Shown one piece after another: positions 49,720 through 56,183 of a stretch of DNA of 56,183 nucleotides. Both the position numbers and the translations under genes were made by a program. The notes beneath the pieces were generated by a model. It was given only the letters and a program-made list of their open reading frames with translations. It was not told the origin of the DNA and did no database searches. This DNA comes from Deltaproteobacteria bacterium (GTDB lineage Bacteria > Bdellovibrionota > JACOXK01 > 2-02-FULL-40-11). Every line of letters begins with the position of its first letter. Position 1 is the stretch's first letter. Location of the stretch: contig JACQJD010000080.1 in NCBI GenBank assembly GCA_016198185.1, forward strand, positions 1 to 56,183. The letters are read 5' to 3'.

Positions 49720-50886
49720 CTATGTCTCTCGTAGGCGTTGGGCGGCGACAGGTATAATGAGGTAATTTCCAGGTCTTAGCAGGCGTGCGGATTTAATTTT
49801 GTTAAGCTCCATAATAGGATCAATATTGGTTCCATATTTCCTAGCAATTCGATAGAGCGTATCTCCAGATGTAATTTTGTGAACATGAAAAATGGTCTTT
49901 TCTTTAGGAACAATGGCATCATAATGTGTCAAAAAAGTTTCTTTTTTCCCTTCTGGAATTCGAAGCGTATATTCTTCAACATCCGGAGGCGTGCACCATC
50001 TTTGCAATTCTGGATTCAGGTATTTAAGATCTTCGAAAGAAACATCTAATGCAGAAGCCGCTTTTCTTAAATCAACAGGGCGATTCACCACCACCAAATC
50101 AAAAGCCCAAGGATCTTTATATTCTACATCTATAAAACCATATTTTTCCGGATTTTTTGCGATCAGAACTGTCGCAATGAGTTTTGGAATGTATTGTTTC
50201 GTTTCTCGCTTTAAGTAGCGATAGCGTGTCATTTCCCAAAAATCTTGCGTTTTATGTCTTTGGATCGCACGTTTGATTTTATTTTCACCGGCGTTGTAGC
50301 CCGCAGCCGCCAAAAACCAAGAATCAAACATGTCATATAAATCTCTTAAGTATTGAGCCGCTGCAACGGTTGACTTAATCGGATCTCTTCGTTCATCTAT
50401 CCACCAATTCGTTTTCAGACCATATCTTTTGGCTGTCCCACGGATGAATTGCCACGGGCCTACCGCATGGGCCCAAGATTGTGCTTGATGATTAAAACCA
50501 CTTTCGATCATGGCCAAATAAACCAAATCGGTAGGAAGACCATGCTCTGAAAGAATCTCTTTCATCACCGGAATATACCGACTCGAACGACTTAACCATC
50601 TTACAAAATGTTTTCGATGTTGTTTTTGAAAATAACGGATAAAGTTGTCAACCTCTTGGTTGACAACAATCGGAATATCAAAAGAAGGATATTCTCGTTC
50701 CGAAAAAGCCATTGTTTCTGGCAATGAAACCTCAGGAGAAGTTTCTGGCTGTACTTGGGAAATGGGTAAACCTTCATATACCGCAGAAGGAGTCGTTGCG
50801 CATCCGACCAGAAATAACAAAAGCAACCCTTTGGAACAGTTCATGAGCATAGAATACATAGGATATAAATAGATTAGCCAATTCAT
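49720..50886 (-). CDS. mltD: membrane-bound lytic transglycosylase D-like (SLT + LysM)
   Basis: Lipobox LVGC; MIESGF catalytic Glu, GPWQF, YNAGE, ETKQY; C-terminal LysM. Confidence 0.93.
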   Translation of the reverse strand: MNWLIYLYPMYSMLMNCSKGLLLLFLVGCATTPSAVYEGLPISQVQPETSPEVSLPETMAFSEREYPSFDIPIVVNQEVDNFIRYFQKQHRKHFVRWLSRSSRYIPVMKEILSEHGLPTDLVYLAMIESGFNHQAQSWAHAVGPWQFIRGTAKRYGLKTNWWIDERRDPIKSTVAAAQYLRDLYDMFDSWFLAAAGYNAGENKIKRAIQRHKTQDFWEMTRYRYLKRETKQYIPKLIATVLIAKNPEKYGFIDVEYKDPWAFDLVVVNRPVDLRKAASALDVSFEDLKYLNPELQRWCTPPDVEEYTLRIPEGKKETFLTHYDAIVPKEKTIFHVHKITSGDTLYRIARKYGTNIDPIMELNKIKSARLLRPGNYLIIPVAAQRLRET

Positions 50887-50981
50887 CTTTGGGTTGTCAA
50901 TGCAATCATCATTAAATTGCTTGATCTATCCATTTTGTATGCTAGTATCGCCTTTCGTTGAAGGTAAGGAGGTTTTGAATT

Positions 50982-51308
50982 ATGGCTGAAACAACCGTCA
51001 TCAGTGGCGAAATTCAAAAATTAGAAAATTCTAAATTAATTCCTCGAGAATCTTTCAAAGACGTTTCTTTAGAAGAATTGGTTCATACCAAATTAGAAAG
51101 TTTTATTGATCAAATTCAAGGATATGACGTAAACGATCTTTACCCCGTCATTATTGAAAGAGTTGAAAGACCCTTGATTCAACTGGTTTTAAAAAAAACG
51201 CGTGGAAATCAAGTCAAAGCCGCTTCTATTTTAGGGATTAATCGAAACACGCTCAGAAAAAAAATCAACCATCTCAAAATTAAGATCAAAAAGCCTTACG
51301 TAGAATAA
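50982..51308 (+). CDS. fis: Fis-family DNA-binding protein
   Basis: VERPLI..VL..TRGNQVKAASILGINRNTLRKK (HTH_8), stand-alone. Confidence 0.85.
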   Translation: MAETTVISGEIQKLENSKLIPRESFKDVSLEELVHTKLESFIDQIQGYDVNDLYPVIIERVERPLIQLVLKKTRGNQVKAASILGINRNTLRKKINHLKIKIKKPYVE

Positions 51309-51369
51309 AATAATAAATTTCTTACCTCGCTAGGGATTATTCAAAAAGATAATCCTTAAGTACAGTCTA

Positions 51370-51456
51370 TACCCATATCGCAGATCTCTCCTTCTAGGAG
51401 TTGGAACGATGGCTCTATATATCCAACCCCAGAAGGAGAGATCTGCGATATGGGTA
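51370..51456. repeat. long hairpin, family A copy 2
   Basis: 26-bp perfect inverted repeat 51370-51395/51431-51456 with the same loop core as 4871-4955. Confidence 0.9.
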
Positions 51457-51510
51457 ATAATTGAAAATGCCTTTGGAAGGCTATGTCTATGAGATATTAT
51501 CTTCTTGCCC

Positions 51511-51699
51511 CTATGGGGCTTTATATTTCTGGATAACTTCGCGAAGATAATGCGCAATGGCTTGCCGTAAATCGTCTTCCGTCATGTGCTCTGGAGAGAT
51601 GCCCAACGTTTTTAAAACCGTTTTTAATTCTTGTTCAATCAGTTCCGGGGGAAGACCACTTAATTCAATCACTTTTTTAAAAAGTGCTTTTTGACTCAT
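51511..51699 (-). CDS. small conserved hypothetical protein
   Basis: 62-aa amphipathic helical ORF 4 nt downstream of pabB; SGLP.E.I..EL and MT.DDLR patterns. Confidence 0.7.
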   Translation of the reverse strand: MSQKALFKKVIELSGLPPELIEQELKTVLKTLGISPEHMTEDDLRQAIAHYLREVIQKYKAP

Positions 51700-51703
51700 G
51701 ACA

Positions 51704-53050
51704 TCATCTTTCGTTGAACCTACGTCCGTTTTGATATTGTAATGCAGCCATCAGCGTTTTCCCTTTATGGAGTGTTTCTTCAAATTCCTCTCGTGGATGG
51801 GAATCACTGACAATGCCACCTCCCATAGGGAAATAAAATTTCCCATTCATGGCCAATAATGTACGAATAGCAATATTCAAATCCCATTGTCCACGATAAT
51901 CCATGTATCCCAAACTACCCGTATAAATCATTCTGGCATGAGGTTCTAGCTCATCAATAATTTGCATGGCCCTTAATTTGGGAGCACCCGTAATAGACCC
52001 CCCGGGAAAAGTTGCACAGACAATATCCGACAGGCGTTGCGTGCACAATTGGCCTTCAATGGTTGAAACCAAATGATGAACAGAGGGCAAGGATAAAAGT
52101 TCAATATCTTTGGTTACACGTACCGACCCTGTACGACAAATTTTGCCTAAATCATTCCTCTCTAAATCAACAATCATTCGATGTTCTGCCAAATTTTTTT
52201 CACTGTTACACAGTGTTTGCTTTAACCCTTCATCCTCTAAAGGATTTTTGGCCCTGGGAACTGTGCCTTTAATCGGTTGTGTTTGAATTCTACCACGATC
52301 TATTTTTAGAAATCGCTCCGGAGAAACACTTAAAATATGAACGTCGTTAAAGTGAATGTAAGCCGAAAAAGGAGCTGGATTTATTTTTCTGAGTTGTTCA
52401 TATATACTCCAGGCATTTTCTGATTGGGTCAAATGAGTTGAAAAATCTGCAGAAAAACACTGTGACAAATTGACCTGATAAATCTCCCCCTGTCTGATAT
52501 AAAATAAGGCTTGCTGTAACATCCGCTCATATTGTGCAAAGGTCATATTGGATTCAACATCGACTTCTAAAACGAACGGTTTTGGTTCAACGGGACGACT
52601 AGAACAACGATCCTGAAATAGATTGAATTTTTCTACATCATTCTCGCGCTCTTCCACAGAAATAAGATAGGTGGCTTTTTGCCGATGGTCATGAATAAAA
52701 AAAGTATCATACCTTCCAAAACAAATATTCTGTGGCAACTTCGGATTTTTTTTAACCCCTGAAAGCTTTGGTTCCCAAAGACGCACCGCATCATAACTGA
52801 TCCAACCAACCCCTCCGCCCATAAAAGGAAATTCTTGAAATTCAGAAGGAAGATTTTTTTCTAAAGCCCCTCGGTTACACAATTCGGCTTCCATCTCCCC
52901 CAATGAATCATATAAAGCTTGGGGGCATGCGCTCCAGATGGAAAAACCATGATCATCAGAACTATCTAAAAAAAAACAATAGGGTAGATCAACAATGGTT
53001 CGAAAGAGTTCGCAGGGGGATCGATCGGTACGTAACCTAACCCATTTCAT
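51704..53050 (-). CDS. pabB: aminodeoxychorismate synthase component I (chorismate-binding family)
   Basis: YQVNLS, SPERFL, PIKGT (PabB-type Lys), EHRMIVDLERNDLG, FPGGSITGAPK. Confidence 0.9.
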   Translation of the reverse strand: MKWVRLRTDRSPCELFRTIVDLPYCFFLDSSDDHGFSIWSACPQALYDSLGEMEAELCNRGALEKNLPSEFQEFPFMGGGVGWISYDAVRLWEPKLSGVKKNPKLPQNICFGRYDTFFIHDHRQKATYLISVEERENDVEKFNLFQDRCSSRPVEPKPFVLEVDVESNMTFAQYERMLQQALFYIRQGEIYQVNLSQCFSADFSTHLTQSENAWSIYEQLRKINPAPFSAYIHFNDVHILSVSPERFLKIDRGRIQTQPIKGTVPRAKNPLEDEGLKQTLCNSEKNLAEHRMIVDLERNDLGKICRTGSVRVTKDIELLSLPSVHHLVSTIEGQLCTQRLSDIVCATFPGGSITGAPKLRAMQIIDELEPHARMIYTGSLGYMDYRGQWDLNIAIRTLLAMNGKFYFPMGGGIVSDSHPREEFEETLHKGKTLMAALQYQNGRRFNER

Positions 53051-54383
53051 TGGAATGCGCTAAGTTTTCAAAGGTCGTATACTGCTGAAGGAAGGCCAAT
53101 CGTACCACGCCCACAGGACCACTGCGTTGCTTGGCCAAAATAAACTCTGCCGTTCCTTTCCACTCAGAATCTTTGTTATAAAATTCATCTCGATAGATAA
53201 ATCCAATCAAATCTGCATCCTGTTCGATCGCTCCCGATTCACGAAGATCGGCCATCATGGGCCGCTTGTCATTTCGATTTTCAACCGCACGATTTAATTG
53301 TGAAAGAGCAATCACTGGCACATTGAGTTCTTTGGCTAAAGATTTTAAGCTTCGAGAAATTTCTGAAATTTCCTTTTCTCGAGATTCTAAATAAGATCGA
53401 TGACTTCTCATCAACTGTAAATAATCCACAATCACAAGCTGAATATCATGTTCAACTTTAAGTCGCCGACACTTCGCACGAATTTCTAAAGCAGATAACG
53501 AAGGAGAATCATCAATATAAATAGGTGCTTCGGACAATTGTCCTGCTGCTTTCGTTAGCTTCGGCCAATCACTGTCTTGAAGCCGGCCAATTCGAAGACG
53601 AGTGGCATCCACTTTTGCCAAAGAAGTTAACATCCTCATCACCAATTGCTCTTTAGACATTTCAAGAGAAAAAACCACCACAGGTGTTTTTGAAAAGATC
53701 GCAGCATGTTGTGCCATATTTAATACCAAAGACGTTTTTCCCATCGACGGACGCCCAGCCACCACAATAAAATCGGAACTTTGAAACCCAGAGGTCAATC
53801 GATCCAAATCTATAAATCCAGAGGCAATCCCCGTAATGGCTTCTTTTTTTTCGTAAAGCTTTTCAATGGTTTTAAAACTGGATTTAACAATATCACGAAT
53901 AGGCGTAAAACTTTTTTCGAACCGTTGGTTCGATACTTCAAAAATAGCTTTTTCTGCAGAATCTAAAAATTCATCCAAATCCGCCGTATCTTCAAAACCC
54001 TTCGTGGCTATTTCAGAGGAAACCAAAATTAATTTTCTTAAAATTGCTTTTTCACGAACAATTTTGGCATAAAAAGGAACATTGGCCGATGTCGGAACAT
54101 GGTTCATGATTTGAGCCAAATAACTGGCACCACCAATTTCTTCTATTTGACCGACTCTCTTAAGTTCTTGGGTTAAGGTAACCAAATCTGCGGGTTCGCC
54201 TTTTTCAGAAAGGGAAATAAAAGCCTTAAAAATTTTCTGATGGGCTGGCTTATAAAAATCTTGCTCTGTTAAATATTCAAGAGATTTATAGAGCGCATCG
54301 TTCTCAAGTAAAATGCCTCCCAAAATAGACTGTTCGGCTTCAATATTTTGAGGAGGAATACGGCTATCATAGGGGGAGGCCAT
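53037..54383 (-). CDS. dnaB: replicative DNA helicase
   Basis: PPQNIEAEQ, AGRPSMGKT, DYLQL, SQLNR, LRESGAIEQDAD; no intein. Confidence 0.99.
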   Translation of the reverse strand: MASPYDSRIPPQNIEAEQSILGGILLENDALYKSLEYLTEQDFYKPAHQKIFKAFISLSEKGEPADLVTLTQELKRVGQIEEIGGASYLAQIMNHVPTSANVPFYAKIVREKAILRKLILVSSEIATKGFEDTADLDEFLDSAEKAIFEVSNQRFEKSFTPIRDIVKSSFKTIEKLYEKKEAITGIASGFIDLDRLTSGFQSSDFIVVAGRPSMGKTSLVLNMAQHAAIFSKTPVVVFSLEMSKEQLVMRMLTSLAKVDATRLRIGRLQDSDWPKLTKAAGQLSEAPIYIDDSPSLSALEIRAKCRRLKVEHDIQLVIVDYLQLMRSHRSYLESREKEISEISRSLKSLAKELNVPVIALSQLNRAVENRNDKRPMMADLRESGAIEQDADLIGFIYRDEFYNKDSEWKGTAEFILAKQRSGPVGVVRLAFLQQYTTFENLAHSNEMG

Positions 54384-54406
54384 ACGATATTTTCAATAGA
54401 CCATCT

Positions 54407-54850
54407 TTAACCAGCCACCACTTTAAGTTTAACGGTTGCTGTAACATCTTGACTCAATCGAATGTTCACCGGAAACTCACCTAATGACTTAATCGGTTCA
54501 TGTAATTGAATACAATGCTTATCAATGTCGTATCCCTTTTCTTTAATAATGGCTTGCACATCTTTGGGGGTTACAGAACCGAATAGTTTTTCTTTTTCTC
54601 CAACCTTTTTGGGAATCACAAGTTCTAAACCAGATAGTTTTTCAGCCAATTCCTTGGCCAAGGTTTCTTGATGTGTCCGTTTTTTTAACAAAGAATTCTT
54701 TAATTGATCTAAATTCTTTAGATTCGCTTGGGTTGCAGGTAATGCTTTTTTTCTGGGAAACAAATAGTTCCTGGCATAACCATCTGAAACATTCACAACA
54801 TCCCCTGGGCGCCCCAATGGAATGACTTCATCTTGCAGAATAATTTTCAT
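54407..54850 (-). CDS. rplI: 50S ribosomal protein L9
   Basis: MKIIL...G..GDVVNV.DGYARNYL, KLFGSVT. Confidence 0.98.
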   Translation of the reverse strand: MKIILQDEVIPLGRPGDVVNVSDGYARNYLFPRKKALPATQANLKNLDQLKNSLLKKRTHQETLAKELAEKLSGLELVIPKKVGEKEKLFGSVTPKDVQAIIKEKGYDIDKHCIQLHEPIKSLGEFPVNIRLSQDVTATVKLKVVAG

Positions 54851-54904
54851 GATTTTCCTCCTTTAAAATCGGAAATAAAATGATCTTATCGTCAGGCAAA
54901 CGCA

Positions 54905-55132
54905 TTAGCTACTTTCATGAAGGGTGTAAGGCAAAATCGCAATTTGCCTGGCCCGCTTAATGGCTCGTGTGAGTTCCCTCTGATGAAAGTGACACACAGA
55001 TGAAACACGACCTGGCACAATTTTTGATCGCTCGGTAATATACCCTTCCAGTAATTTTTTATTTTTGTAATCAATATCTAAAGTAGAATCGACACAAAAC
55101 TTACATGCTCTCTTTCGAATGCGCATATTCAT
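54905..55132 (-). CDS. rpsR: 30S ribosomal protein S18 (zinc-binding type)
   Basis: CKFC, IDYKN, CHFHQR..AIKRAR..LPY. Confidence 0.97.
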   Translation of the reverse strand: MNMRIRKRACKFCVDSTLDIDYKNKKLLEGYITERSKIVPGRVSSVCHFHQRELTRAIKRARQIAILPYTLHESS

Positions 55133-55430
55133 TGTTTTTTTCTCCCCCTGTTCGTCGAATGGTTAAATGTTTCAAAATATCTTCGCTCAAATTAAGCATA
55201 TTTTCGATTTCACGCACCACCTGTGGTTTTGCTTCATACAAAATATAAACATAATGTCCGGAAGTTTGCTTTTTGATTTTATAGCTCAATTTGCGACTTC
55301 CCCAATCATCCCATTTTGAGATGGTCCCTTCATATTTTTGAACCAATGTTTCTATTTTTTTTTGAATGGTTGAAATACCTGCATCAGGTAATTGTGGTTG
55401 AACAATCACGATCGTTTCGTAGTGATTCAT
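55101..55430 (-). CDS. rpsF: 30S ribosomal protein S6
   Basis: YET..I..P, WG.RKLSY.IKK...G.Y. Confidence 0.97.
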   Translation of the reverse strand: MNHYETIVIVQPQLPDAGISTIQKKIETLVQKYEGTISKWDDWGSRKLSYKIKKQTSGHYVYILYEAKPQVVREIENMLNLSEDILKHLTIRRTGGEKNNEYAHSKESM

Positions 55431-55515
55431 ACAAACTCCTTATGGTGTTTCATCCTATCTTTTTGGCCTATACCGCCTGTTGATGGAATGCCGCTTCGCT
55501 GGAAGCAAGGGTTAT
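55431..55515 (-). promoter_or_regulatory. putative S6:S18 ribosomal leader RNA
   Basis: Untranslated leader upstream of rpsF with CCCTTGCT at the 5' side and CCR just before the GGAG RBS; fold not verified. Confidence 0.4.
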
Positions 55516-55536
55516 CAATTAAAAATTGCCTGAGAC

Positions 55537-56091
55537 CTATACCATGCTTTCTGGGGCTGCTTCAAGCACTTTTTCCAACCGATCTATAGCCGTTTTAAAG
55601 AAGGTGGGCAATCCCTTTAATTCTTCTGAAGAAAAAGGCGATAACACATAGGTCGCAACATCCACCTTATTTTCCTGAGAAGGACGTCCAATTCCTAAGC
55701 GAAGACGTGTAAAAGCGTCTGTCTTTAAATGCTCGATGATCGAGCGAATGCCCTTATGCCCTGCATCCTGCCCTTTATGTTTTACGCGAAGCGTCCCAAA
55801 AGGAAGATCAATTTCATCGTGAAGCACAATGACGCAAGTCGAAGGCACTTTGTAGTAGTGGCAATAAGCCTGAACAGCTCTTCCAGATAAATTCATAAAC
55901 GTCTGGGGTTGAATGAGGATAAAATCGTTATTTGCAAAATGTGCCTTTTTAGATCTTAAGGATTCAAATTGGGTGCTGTTCAGTTGAAGGCCCTGTTTTT
56001 TGGCAAATGCATCGGCCACCATAAATCCGATATTATGGCGTGTTGTATGATAAACCGTCTCAGGATTCCCAAGCCCAAAAATTAAATACAC
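55537..56091 (-). CDS. pth: peptidyl-tRNA hydrolase
   Basis: GLGNP...TRHNIGF, PQTFMNLSG, HDEID, GHKG. Confidence 0.97.
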   Translation of the reverse strand: MYLIFGLGNPETVYHTTRHNIGFMVADAFAKKQGLQLNSTQFESLRSKKAHFANNDFILIQPQTFMNLSGRAVQAYCHYYKVPSTCVIVLHDEIDLPFGTLRVKHKGQDAGHKGIRSIIEHLKTDAFTRLRLGIGRPSQENKVDVATYVLSPFSSEELKGLPTFFKTAIDRLEKVLEAAPESMV

Positions 56092-56111
56092 AAAAAATTA
56101 AAATAATTCCT

Positions 56112-56183
56112 TTACTTCTTTTCAGTCTTCTTCTCAGTTTCTTTTTTCGTATCTTTCTTAGCTTCTTCTTTCTTTCCTTCTTC
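56112..56183 (-). CDS. rplY: C-terminal K/E-rich tail of a gene cut by the window edge, probably ribosomal protein L25/Ctc
   Basis: Reads EEGKKEEAKKDTKKETEKKTEKK*; identity inferred only from the usual rplY-pth gene order. Confidence 0.5.
   Translation of the reverse strand, partial: EEGKKEEAKKDTKKETEKKTEKK

Noticed and set aside
51330-51557. 75-aa ORF downstream of the small conserved gene
   Set aside because: Runs through hairpin A copy 2 and overlaps a better ORF; probably spurious.
55101-55132. rpsF/rpsR 32-nt overlap as a frameshift or recoding signal
   Set aside because: Both proteins are complete and rpsR has its own GGAG RBS; simple translational coupling is enough to explain it.
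1-56183. CRISPR array, tRNA or rRNA genes
   Set aside because: No regularly spaced direct repeats, cas genes or recognisable tRNA/rRNA motifs seen by eye; the repeats present are dispersed palindromes.

Overview
A chromosomal window of about 40% GC from a bacterium whose gene content resembles Bdellovibrionota/deltaproteobacterial lineages (inference from gene content only). Housekeeping blocks are nadE, lptF-hemW-grpE-dnaK-dnaJ-lpoA-like, dksA, lon, xseA, meaB, mltD, fis-like, pabB, dnaB, rplI-rpsR-rpsF, pth and the 3' end of a probable rplY. The accessory core (about 23.4-48.3 kb) is a split Tad/Flp pilus system. Operon 1 is flp-flp-tadE-tadE-cpaB-cpaC-tadA-tadB-RHS/YD, followed by a small secreted disordered protein, matching the layout of the Bdellovibrio hit locus. 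Operon 2 is tadC-DUF192-three membrane FHA proteins-degenerate PP2C, resembling the Tad/FHA predation clusters of Bdellovibrio and the Myxococcus Kil system. Both operons have sigma28-like promoters. Between them lies a ~10 kb block with a secreted HNH protein, a HigBA-type TA pair, a secreted HExxH protein and a compact clade II N2O reductase (nos) operon with a divergent Rrf2 regulator. This suggests a candidate predator able to respire N2O. Three orphan secreted proteins carry sigma54-type promoters. Intergenic DNA holds a MITE family, REP-like repeats and two families of long hairpins with conserved loops and covarying stems. I saw no rRNA, tRNA or CRISPR array. All calls come from motif reading by eye; no database searches were run.
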